Source of the DNA: Clostridia bacterium
Lineage (GTDB): Bacteria > Bacillota > Clostridia > Oscillospirales > CAG-382
Length of the DNA: 64,000 nucleotides
Direction of reading: 5' to 3'
Assembly: GCA_017399965.1 (NCBI GenBank)
Contig: JAFQAP010000018.1
Location: 11,546-75,545 of the forward strand
Under the pieces are notes generated by a model, which had not been told where the DNA came from, did no database searches, and saw only the letters and a program-made list of their open reading frames with translations. A program made the position numbers and the translations under genes. Below, in pieces: positions 36,605 to 44,669 of this stretch (its first letter is position 1; each line of letters opens with the position of its first letter).

Positions 36605-37459
36605 ATGCCAACATTTACAAACACAGCAACGCTTTCTTACAACGGCGGCACTGTTAATTCAAATACGGTCTCCGGAACGATACAAGAGGTACTGTCTATT
36701 ACAAAGACTGCCGTTAACAATAATTATTCCGTAGGAGATAACGTAACCTACGTTGTAAGCTTGTTAAACACCGGAACCACACCTTTTACAAACGTTACCC
36801 TGACTGACGATATGGGCGGTTTTCTTTGCAACACATCCACGGTATACCCCTTGGAATATAATGATGGCACCGTCAGATATTATGTAAACGGAATTCTTCA
36901 AGAGCCTCCCGCAGTTACGGAAAATGGCTCTGTTGTTTTTTCAGGTCTTACCGTACCTGCCGAAGGCAACGCAATGCTGGTTTACGAAGCAACAGTAACA
37001 CCTTCCGCACCTCCCCAAAGCGGCGGACTCATAAACAACGTGGTAACCGCGAACGGAACGGGTATACCCGCAAGCTTGACCGATACAGCTACCATTTCCG
37101 CACTTGACGAGCCTCAACTTACAATAAGTAAGGCTGTATGTCCTTCCGTAGTGAGTGCAAACGGAACACTGACTTATACCTTCACGATACAGAATACCGG
37201 CAACGTGGACGCCGTAGCAACCGATAATATAGTGGTTACCGATACCTTTGATCCCGCTATCAATATTACCTCGGTAACCTACAACGGCACACCCTGGACT
37301 TCCCCCGCAAACTACACCTACAGCAATATTACAGGTCAGTTTGCCACGGTTTTGGGTCAGATAACCGTTCCTGCCGCCATCTACGAGCAGGATGCCGCCT
37401 GCGGCTGGGTAGTAACTCCCGGTGTGAGCACAATAACCGTAACGGGAACGATTCAATAA
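36605..37459 (+). CDS. DUF11 (conserved repeat domain) protein, two repeats, no signal peptide
   Basis: 'LSITKTAVNNNYSVGDNVTYVVSLLNTGTTPFTNVTLTD' and 'LTISKAVCPSVVSANGTLTYTFTIQNTGNVDAVATDNIVVTD'. Confidence 0.7.
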   Translation: MPTFTNTATLSYNGGTVNSNTVSGTIQEVLSITKTAVNNNYSVGDNVTYVVSLLNTGTTPFTNVTLTDDMGGFLCNTSTVYPLEYNDGTVRYYVNGILQEPPAVTENGSVVFSGLTVPAEGNAMLVYEATVTPSAPPQSGGLINNVVTANGTGIPASLTDTATISALDEPQLTISKAVCPSVVSANGTLTYTFTIQNTGNVDAVATDNIVVTDTFDPAINITSVTYNGTPWTSPANYTYSNITGQFATVLGQITVPAAIYEQDAACGWVVTPGVSTITVTGTIQ

Positions 37460-37641
37460 CTAAGTTTGCCCTCAAGGGGCAAGTGAAGTTTACTTCGTAA
37501 GTGAAGTTATCCTGCGGATAGTGAAGTTTTGCCTGTGGCAAAGTTGGGCGTTCTCGTAGTGGGCAAACTTAACTTCACTTGGGCGATAGCCCAAACTTCA
37601 CTGCACAGCAACTTCACTTTCGCGTAAAGCGAAAATTTCAC
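37459..37641. repeat. mirror-symmetric octamer / mini-hairpin array
   Basis: GTGAAGTT at 37483, 37501 and 37521. AACTTCAC at 37571, 37594 and 37610. A different perfect mini-palindrome sits in each interval. Confidence 0.9.
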
Positions 37642-37650
37642 AAACCACGA

Positions 37651-37682
37651 TAAAAATCCCCACGATGTGTGGGGATTTTTGT
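37651..37682. terminator. bidirectional rho-independent terminator
   Basis: AAAAATCCCCAC-gatg-TGTGGGGATTTTTGT between convergent genes. Confidence 0.85.
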
Positions 37683-37695
37683 TATCGGGGTGATT
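37683..37695 (-). repeat. collapsed ('termini-only') form of the REP-like element
   Basis: TATCGGGGTGATT is the reverse complement of AATCACCCC+GATA, i.e. the element ends without the 29-bp hairpin core. Confidence 0.55.
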
Positions 37696-39315
37696 CTATT
37701 CGGGAAGTATATCCGTAAACATTAAAAGGTTGGTCGTTACAGCTTCTCTCTCGGTAACGGGTGTGAAGGTGCCGTCGGCATACAGAATATCCATTACCAT
37801 TATTGCAACAGAATTGCTGATAAATCCGCCTACCTCGTATGCGGTGATAAGATCCTGCATCTGGGGAGGATACTGCTTTCCGATCATTGCGGCGTATTCC
37901 AAAGCAAAGGGGGCAACCTTTTCTTTGTAGCATTCCTCAAGCTCGGGAATCTTGGAGAAAAATTCGTTATAATCGCCCCTTACGAGCATTATGTTAACCT
38001 CATCGTCTTCGGTGATAAACTGTCTTTCCTTAAGGCGGGCAAACTTTTCCGCGTTTGCTTCGTTTTTTGTAAGAGTGCCGTTCAAAAGCTCGTATACGTA
38101 TTCGTAATCCGAGGTAGGGTTGTTCATCCAATAGCCCTTGCGGGAGGAAAGGCGGGAATCTATGGACCAAGAATATACTGCGGGATATTTATCCGACCAG
38201 CGGTTCATATTGCCGCACGCGCCGTAGTTCCACGGTTCTACAGTAGTCTTATAATCGGGATCGGAGGGTTGCGCGTTGCAGTTAACATTGGCGATAAAGT
38301 TACCTCCCGCGGTGGTTTTGATATAATACTTGCTTAGGTCCTTGCCGGTATTGATACAGCATTTGTTGGCAACACCGTAAAATACTGCCGCCGCCGCCAA
38401 AAGCTGTCTGTTGCCCGTGGGGATATATACGTCGGTTACGTCCTTTATTGCTTCGATGATCCTGGGCGCGTATTCCTTTGCAAGGGTTTGGGCAAGCTCG
38501 CGCTGAAGAATAATTCTCCTTTCCTCAAGCTCCAAGGAATACTCGGTGGGATCGAATTGAACGTAAGTGGTGTATTTGCCGTCGGACTGCTTTACAAGGA
38601 AGCCGTTTTCTTCCAGAAATGCTATTTTATCCTCGATATACACGGGAGTAACGCCGAGCTCTTCGGCGATCTCATCTGCGGTTTTGGGTTCAAAATACAC
38701 GCTGTAAACTATATTGCAGTTAAGCTTATCGCCGAGATAAAATTCGGGTCCGTCGTTTGAACCGGGGTTACCGTTGTGTCCGAAACCGGTGGGGATATAA
38801 GGGGATATGCCGAGAGTTCCTATTTTTCTTTCCATTGTAAAATTCTCCTTTAGTTCATTTCTCGCTTTGTTAAGATGCCATTTTACCGTGCCTTCGGGAA
38901 TGGCGAGTTTTTTTGAAATATTGGAAACAGTTTCGTTTTCGTAATAAAAAAGATAAACAATTTGTCTGCGGGTCTTGGTTAAAAAAGCTACCTCTCGGCG
39001 AAGGCGGAAAAGGTCTTCATCCGGATCTTCAAGAGAATAATCCTCGTAATAGGGTAAAATTTCGTTATCCAAAGAAACGCCTTCGGCTTTCTTTTTGCGG
39101 GAAACGTACTTTGAATAGGTATAATTGCTTATACGCCAGATATAGCCTTCTATATTGGCAATATAATCCGCTTTGAGCAGAGATAAATATACCTCCTGAA
39201 TTATATCCGAGCAAAGGTCCTCTGCCTCATCAAAGGAAAAAGACTTTTTTACCGCAAAGCCGTAGATCTTTTGCAGATATTCGGTTATGATTTTGTCTGC
39301 TGTTTGTTTATCCAT
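37696..39315 (-). CDS. sigma-70 (ECF-like) factor fused to a wHTH-like segment and a roughly 250-aa C-terminal domain
   Basis: Region 2 'DLCSDIIQEVYLSL'. Region 4 'ETVSNISKKLAIPEGTVKWHLNKARNELKE'. No TM segment in the 539 aa. Confidence 0.75.
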   Translation of the reverse strand: MDKQTADKIITEYLQKIYGFAVKKSFSFDEAEDLCSDIIQEVYLSLLKADYIANIEGYIWRISNYTYSKYVSRKKKAEGVSLDNEILPYYEDYSLEDPDEDLFRLRREVAFLTKTRRQIVYLFYYENETVSNISKKLAIPEGTVKWHLNKARNELKENFTMERKIGTLGISPYIPTGFGHNGNPGSNDGPEFYLGDKLNCNIVYSVYFEPKTADEIAEELGVTPVYIEDKIAFLEENGFLVKQSDGKYTTYVQFDPTEYSLELEERRIILQRELAQTLAKEYAPRIIEAIKDVTDVYIPTGNRQLLAAAAVFYGVANKCCINTGKDLSKYYIKTTAGGNFIANVNCNAQPSDPDYKTTVEPWNYGACGNMNRWSDKYPAVYSWSIDSRLSSRKGYWMNNPTSDYEYVYELLNGTLTKNEANAEKFARLKERQFITEDDEVNIMLVRGDYNEFFSKIPELEECYKEKVAPFALEYAAMIGKQYPPQMQDLITAYEVGGFISNSVAIMVMDILYADGTFTPVTEREAVTTNLLMFTDILPE

Positions 39316-39397
39316 TCTATTAACTCCGACGCCGTTTGACCATATAGTGGAGAAGTTTTACAAAAGGTTGGCGGGTTTTACAAATATTTTTTAAAAT

Positions 39398-39428
39398 TTT
39401 TCCCACGGTTTTTCCGTGGGAAGATTTT
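39398..39428 (-). terminator. terminator-like hairpin downstream of the M28 peptidase gene
   Basis: TCCCACGG (39401-39408) / CCGTGGGA (39414-39421) in an A/T-rich context. Confidence 0.5.
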
Positions 39429-39429
39429 A

Positions 39430-40656
39430 TTATTTAGAAGCTCTCTTGCGGGTGAGATATATATCCAATTTATCCTTCATATTATCGGGGATCTTTTTGT
39501 CCACGGGACAGCGGCAGGCGTTTGCCATACGGCACGCGAAGGAAGTGATAAAGTCTATATCGCTTTCCATCTGTTCGCCCTTCATAACCGCCATGGTATC
39601 GTAGCTGTTGTGGATGGTGGCGGTGTTATTGGGTGCAATACGCGCAAAGGAAACGGCGGGAACGCCCTTATCCGCAAAGGGGGTGGAATCGCTGGAGTAC
39701 ACGTCCTGACGGGTGGCAATACCGAAGCCGTATTCGGATGCGTAGTAGTTTATATAATGTACCAGCGCTTCCTCGGCGGTACAGCAGGCGATGAATTTAC
39801 CCATAATACAGCCGATCATATCCAGGTTTATGTTGAGAACGGTCTTTTCAAGCTCGGATTCGTGGGCGTTAACGTATGCCTTTGAGCCAAGCAATCCCCT
39901 CTCTTCACTGCCGCACCAGATAAAGCGAAGGCTGTAATTGTGAAGATTGGAAAGGAAGTATTCCGCAATTCCCAAGAGGCCGATACTGCCCGACATATTA
40001 TCGTATGCGCCTTGGGACAGAGAGGTGGAATCGTAATGAGCGGTGAATACTATGTATTCATCGGTTGAGCCCTTTATATCCGCAATTACGTTGCGGGAAA
40101 CGCCTTTGTATTCATCCTGCACAACAACTATTTTTGCGGTTTTCACACCCTCGTTGATGATACGTATAGCGTCCTTGGCGTTGATATTTACGCCCAAGAT
40201 CTTATCCCCCTTGCTTACGTGGGGACGCAATTCTCTTTGGTCTATATCCTTATCGACATAATTCGCGTTGCCGTCATAGGTAATAAAGCCCACAGCGCCC
40301 GCTTCGAAAATATCGCGGTACATCCAGTAGCCCATATATCCGTCAACAAGAACTATTTTTCCCTTGCAAAGAGAAAGAGAATATTTGTCCGTGTTGGTAA
40401 GGTAGTAAAGAGGAGCTTCGATCTCACCGCTTCCGCACAGCAGATATCCCTTGCAGGTGATCTCTTCCCCATCGGCATACAGATGCGCGGTTTTTATGTT
40501 TGCCATATCCACTTCAAAATCTTCTATTTTAGCCTCAAGTCCCATTTCGGCGCAAAGACTTTTTATGTACTCGGCACATTTAAGTTCCGCATCGCTTCCG
40601 CCCATACGGACATACGCGGTATCTTCAAAAATTTTCATTATCTTTTGTGTGTTCAT
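39430..40656 (-). CDS. M28 family metallopeptidase (aminopeptidase with PA-like insert)
   Basis: 'FTAHYDS', 'DNMSGS', 'CGSEERGLLGS'. Confidence 0.8.
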   Translation of the reverse strand: MNTQKIMKIFEDTAYVRMGGSDAELKCAEYIKSLCAEMGLEAKIEDFEVDMANIKTAHLYADGEEITCKGYLLCGSGEIEAPLYYLTNTDKYSLSLCKGKIVLVDGYMGYWMYRDIFEAGAVGFITYDGNANYVDKDIDQRELRPHVSKGDKILGVNINAKDAIRIINEGVKTAKIVVVQDEYKGVSRNVIADIKGSTDEYIVFTAHYDSTSLSQGAYDNMSGSIGLLGIAEYFLSNLHNYSLRFIWCGSEERGLLGSKAYVNAHESELEKTVLNINLDMIGCIMGKFIACCTAEEALVHYINYYASEYGFGIATRQDVYSSDSTPFADKGVPAVSFARIAPNNTATIHNSYDTMAVMKGEQMESDIDFITSFACRMANACRCPVDKKIPDNMKDKLDIYLTRKRASK

Positions 40657-40684
40657 AATAACATCCTTTTAATTATTTTTTATC

Positions 40685-41152
40685 TTATTTACCTGTAAGC
40701 TCATATAAAAGCTCACTTATAAATCTTTTTGAATTCAATATGAGTCCAATACGGATAAACACATAGTCAAACAAAATCAGACCACCGCATATTACAATGC
40801 CCAAATTGAATGTTCCGCTTTGCAGATCGGCAATAATGCCCATAATACCTATCACAGCGGCAAAAATTGCGAAAATAGTTGAGAATATGCGCGCAAACGG
40901 CAAAGCGGAAAATTCAAGGTCTACTTTGTAATCCGTTTCGGTTTCCTCAACGGTTGCGGTAACATTGGGTATTGCCGAATTCCCCGCAAGAAAGGTATCG
41001 GCTTTGGGAACAAAAGCAAACTTGTTATCTACACTTATGCAATGATACGAATGATTTCCAACTTCAACTTTCGATTTAAGTAAAGCGGCATAAATATCGT
41101 CAAATTCTTTTTTTAAGCTTATTTGTTTTTTGTACTTAAAAATGCTTGCCAT
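40685..41152 (-). CDS. hypothetical C-terminally membrane-anchored protein (155 aa)
   Basis: Start at 'MASIFKYKK', preceded by GGAGG embedded in the upstream gene's end. Two C-terminal TM segments. Confidence 0.55.
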   Translation of the reverse strand: MASIFKYKKQISLKKEFDDIYAALLKSKVEVGNHSYHCISVDNKFAFVPKADTFLAGNSAIPNVTATVEETETDYKVDLEFSALPFARIFSTIFAIFAAVIGIMGIIADLQSGTFNLGIVICGGLILFDYVFIRIGLILNSKRFISELLYELTGK

Positions 41153-41153
41153 A

Positions 41154-42605
41154 TTATTCCTCCAAGAATTTACGCACAAGAGGTACAAGCTGTTTTTGCA
41201 GTTCGGGTATGGTGTCGCGGGTAGTCCAACTGCACCAGTACGTATATCCGCCGAGAGTGAGCGAGCGGGGTGTGGCGACGTAGCTGTAATATCCGTCGCA
41301 TTGGTCAAGGGGAATCGTCTTTGAGCCGGTAAAGGTAGCTCTTAACCAGGTTGTAAGCTCTACAAGGCTTTCGCCGGGTACGCCCACAAAAAGATATTCT
41401 CCAAACCGTACGCAGGGAATATCTATCTCCACTTCCCTCTTTGCAAGGGTTTCGTCGTCAAAGCCGCAGATATCGTAAACCATAGGCCCGTTATACATAG
41501 CCTTGTAATATTCGTCCACGGTGCGCTTTACCTGAGAAGGAGTTTTTGAAGGGTCGGTTTTATAAGTATCGAAGATATTTTTTGCTTTTTCTATCTTTTC
41601 CCGCTGACCGTTTCTTGCTTCCTCCACCGTTTTCGGCATATCGTCCCGCATAGGAACGGTTACCTTAAAGGTTTCGGTGCGCAAAAAGTCCGCATTTTTA
41701 AGAGGGCGTTTATTTGCGATAAATTCTGCTTTTATCTTTTCCGCAACGGAAAGCCCGATCCTCTTGCACTCTGCGTCGCTGGAAACAAAATCGTCGATTC
41801 CGTCATAGCCTTTTTTGGTAGTGAGGTCTGCGCAGGGGCCGTTCATATATATGGACGTTCCGCCGAACTCTTCCTCCAGTTTTTGGGAAAGGTATCCGGG
41901 CCAATCAAAATCATAACGGTACATCTGTGCTTTGCCCTCTACGGGACGAAGCTCAAACAGCACGGCTACGTCGGGATGGGCGGCAAAGCGGGAAACCGAG
42001 CCCAGCACGTTGCCCTTCAGATCCTTAAAAAGGAACATATACGCCAGAGGATCGTTTTGGTTATCAAAATAAAGAGGCTCTTTTAAGGTTTCAAGGTTGG
42101 GACGGTAATCGCGCAGCAGCATTATACCCTCATCCCGTGTGCAGGGCTTGCCCTGCTCATCAAATCCCATTCCCGTCCACACGGTCACACCGCCCAAGCC
42201 CTCCACGTATTGCTCGCGGTTGAAGGAATATTCGGTGCCCATATACGCCTCTGCCACTTCGCAGGTGTAAGGAACGGCGGAGGATTTCATTTTATTCACC
42301 TCATACGCAACACGGGCGATAATTGTGTCCAAACCGTTATGTATAGAAAGTCCGCCGGGAGCTGCGTGGAGCTGCAGTTCGTGAAAAACTATACTTTTTT
42401 CGGGGATACCGCATTTTTCGGATACTTCTTTGCGAAATCTTCTCGTATCCGCACTCCAGGTAAGCCCGGTATCAAACACGCAAAACAGCGTTTGCTCGTC
42501 TTGGGAACGCAAATACAAAAGACGGCAGTAAAGGTCGGTATGAAAATCCCATACGGGTTCAAATGCTCCCTTAAGAGATACCTTGGAAAAACTGCATTCT
42601 GCCAT
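41154..42605 (-). CDS. hypothetical cytoplasmic protein (483 aa)
   Basis: Start at 'MAECSF', 8 nt after GGAGG. No recognised motif. Confidence 0.55.
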   Translation of the reverse strand: MAECSFSKVSLKGAFEPVWDFHTDLYCRLLYLRSQDEQTLFCVFDTGLTWSADTRRFRKEVSEKCGIPEKSIVFHELQLHAAPGGLSIHNGLDTIIARVAYEVNKMKSSAVPYTCEVAEAYMGTEYSFNREQYVEGLGGVTVWTGMGFDEQGKPCTRDEGIMLLRDYRPNLETLKEPLYFDNQNDPLAYMFLFKDLKGNVLGSVSRFAAHPDVAVLFELRPVEGKAQMYRYDFDWPGYLSQKLEEEFGGTSIYMNGPCADLTTKKGYDGIDDFVSSDAECKRIGLSVAEKIKAEFIANKRPLKNADFLRTETFKVTVPMRDDMPKTVEEARNGQREKIEKAKNIFDTYKTDPSKTPSQVKRTVDEYYKAMYNGPMVYDICGFDDETLAKREVEIDIPCVRFGEYLFVGVPGESLVELTTWLRATFTGSKTIPLDQCDGYYSYVATPRSLTLGGYTYWCSWTTRDTIPELQKQLVPLVRKFLEE

Positions 42606-42719
42606 AAAACACGCCTCCTTTTTTATCATATTTGAATTATAACACAAAAAATACGCGTTTTCAATTGGTTTTATAAATCCAAATCAACTGTTGCGTGAAT
42701 TAATATCCGCGCAGATTGC

Positions 42720-42748
42720 TTGAATATCTGTTCGTATTATGTTATACT
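42720..42748 (+). promoter_or_regulatory. sigma-A type promoter
   Basis: TTGAAT (42720-42725), 17 nt, TATACT (42743-42748). Confidence 0.55.
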
Positions 42749-42779
42749 TACTGTATCAAAATGAAGGGTGTGATGCGCA

Positions 42780-44300
42780 TTGGAACTTAATTTGGCGGAA
42801 AACATACGGGAAATGAGAAAAGCCCGCGGAATAACCCAGACGGAGCTTGCGCAAAGTCTTTCCGTTACGCCCCAATCCGTAAGCCGTTGGGAGACAGGAC
42901 AAGCCTACCCCGACGTAGTGCTGCTGCCGAGAATTGCAAAGTATTTTGACGTTACCTTGGACGAGCTTATGCTGGGATTGGAATCCTCCCTGACAATATA
43001 CAGAAAAGAGTTTGCCGAAGCTTCCAAAGCCGTTCACAGCGAAAACACCCTTGAAAACCGTAAGCGGGTGTGCGACATACTGGAAGTACTCACCCGTGAA
43101 AAGCCCAGAGAATATATGGTTTTGTATTTTACCAACCTTTTGGTAATGAAAAACGAGTACGACAACGTATCCGAAAGCAGGCTTGACGACCTGCGTGAAC
43201 AGCTTTGCGAAATGCTCACTCAGCTTCCCATAGGTGTGAGATGTGTTTCGCTGGTAAATATTATCCGCAACGAAGACGAGGATAAGCTGGATATCTGGAA
43301 GAGCTTTTGTCCCGAAGGATACGCTTTCACCACATGGGACGATTATTTGCTTCAAAGATACGCTTGGATAGAAGACACGGAAAAGTGGCAAGCGGTAAGA
43401 CAAAATGCCACATACGAGCTGGTTTCAAAGCTTATTAATCTGCTTTCCGAAGAAAGCCGCGGCGTTTGCGGAAATATGCAAAGCTGTTTTTTGCCCAACC
43501 CCAACGAATATTACAGAGCATCCCTCAAAGTGCTTGAAGCGTTTTCCGATGGGGAGGACGACGTGCTTCTTCCCCTGCGGATACAGATAGAATTCGGGCT
43601 GGCAAGAGCTTTGTTTATGGAGGGCGAAAACGAAGAAGGCTTTGAGCATTTGGAGAAAACGCAAAAATACATTCAGACGCTGTGGAGTGCCCGCGGCTGT
43701 GCCACACTTGCGGGATGCGCCCCCTTTTTGGATACTGTTTCCTGCGAAGTTCACGACGACGAAGCTGTTACCTGTATGCTTAACGTATGGAAATACGATT
43801 CCTGCCTTGAATTTGACGGGGTGAGAGAAGACGAAAGGTTTATTAAATTTTTCGATTACGTTAACGGTCTGTTTCCCAATACCAGAGGCTTTGTAACCGT
43901 AAAGGACGGAAAAGACATTCCCTACGATGAATCGGAATTCGCCCGCCTTGCGGAGATCGCAGGCGAAGAGCTTAAAAAGAAAAACGCAACTTATATGACC
44001 CAGGCTGTGGTGCTAAAGACAGTAAATGGCAATATATACCACACTGTCATTTCGGACACTTTGGCAGACACGGAATCCGATGTGTTGCTTAAAGAAATGA
44101 AGCAAAGGGGCGATACTCATATAGAAAACATTGTTTGCTGTTGGGAGGACGGCGGTGTGGATATGCCCTCCTATGAATTCAGACAAAAGCTTATGTCTCT
44201 CGACCGCAGAAACAAGGATGCGCTCATACTTTTACAGGGACTTGACAAATATATTGTAAAAGAACTGGAAAAGCTTATGCCTCCCAAAAAGAAAAATTAA
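42780..44300 (+). CDS. XRE-family HTH regulator with a large soluble C-terminal domain (TTG start)
   Basis: 'ENIREMRKARGITQTELAQSLSVTPQSVSRWETGQAYPD'. Confidence 0.75.
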   Translation: MELNLAENIREMRKARGITQTELAQSLSVTPQSVSRWETGQAYPDVVLLPRIAKYFDVTLDELMLGLESSLTIYRKEFAEASKAVHSENTLENRKRVCDILEVLTREKPREYMVLYFTNLLVMKNEYDNVSESRLDDLREQLCEMLTQLPIGVRCVSLVNIIRNEDEDKLDIWKSFCPEGYAFTTWDDYLLQRYAWIEDTEKWQAVRQNATYELVSKLINLLSEESRGVCGNMQSCFLPNPNEYYRASLKVLEAFSDGEDDVLLPLRIQIEFGLARALFMEGENEEGFEHLEKTQKYIQTLWSARGCATLAGCAPFLDTVSCEVHDDEAVTCMLNVWKYDSCLEFDGVREDERFIKFFDYVNGLFPNTRGFVTVKDGKDIPYDESEFARLAEIAGEELKKKNATYMTQAVVLKTVNGNIYHTVISDTLADTESDVLLKEMKQRGDTHIENIVCCWEDGGVDMPSYEFRQKLMSLDRRNKDALILLQGLDKYIVKELEKLMPPKKKN

Positions 44301-44320
44301 TATTTTTACGCAAAACACTA

Positions 44321-44349
44321 TTGACAATGCATATATGCGGTGATATAAT
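44321..44349 (+). promoter_or_regulatory. consensus sigma-A promoter of the T-box/trpB unit
   Basis: TTGACA (44321-44326), 17 nt, TATAAT (44344-44349). Confidence 0.8.
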
Positions 44350-44364
44350 GCATTAAAATACAAT

Positions 44365-44648
44365 ATTTATTAAACCGTTGATGCGGAGATAAAAACAAAA
44401 CACGCCTTTACAGAGAGTCTGCGCAGCTGAGATGCAGGCAAGAAACAGTTTGTTAAATGGACCGCGGAGGGCGCAGTCAAATGTGCATATACTGTACAGA
44501 GTATTCTGCGACGTGGGGACATGCGTAAGTTGTCGGGAATATGCAGTATTCCGAAAAGAGCACGGCTTTGCCGTGAATCAAGGTGGCACCGCGAATAAAA
44601 ACAATTATTCGTCCTTGGCAGATGGTATATTTCTGCCAAGGATTTTTA
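44365..44648 (+). promoter_or_regulatory. T-box riboswitch leader, Trp specifier (UGG)
   Basis: AGAGAG bay. Specifier 'AAAUGGA' (UGG at 44458-44460). T-box 'AATCAAGGTGGCACCGCG' (44576-44593). Terminator CCTTGGCAGA/TCTGCCAAGG (44613-44641) plus a T-run. Confidence 0.88.
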
Positions 44649-44669
44649 TTTATAAAGGAGAAAAGAAAA

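Noticed and set aside
37459-37641. Reading the octamer/hairpin block as a mini CRISPR array, an invertible promoter switch, or a coding region (ORF 37329-37541).
   Set aside because: The repeats are only 8 bp, the 'spacers' are 8-17 bp and self-complementary, and no cas genes are present. No recombinase is nearby and the arms are arrays rather than simple inverted repeats. The 70-aa ORF crosses the DUF11 stop and has no RBS. The block is kept as an unexplained structured repeat.
41153-41308. 52-codon upstream extension of ORF 40685-41308.
   Set aside because: It overlaps the 3' end of the upstream gene out of frame. The internal ATG at 41152 is preceded by GGAGG, and the extension peptide is Pro/Arg/Thr-rich nonsense.
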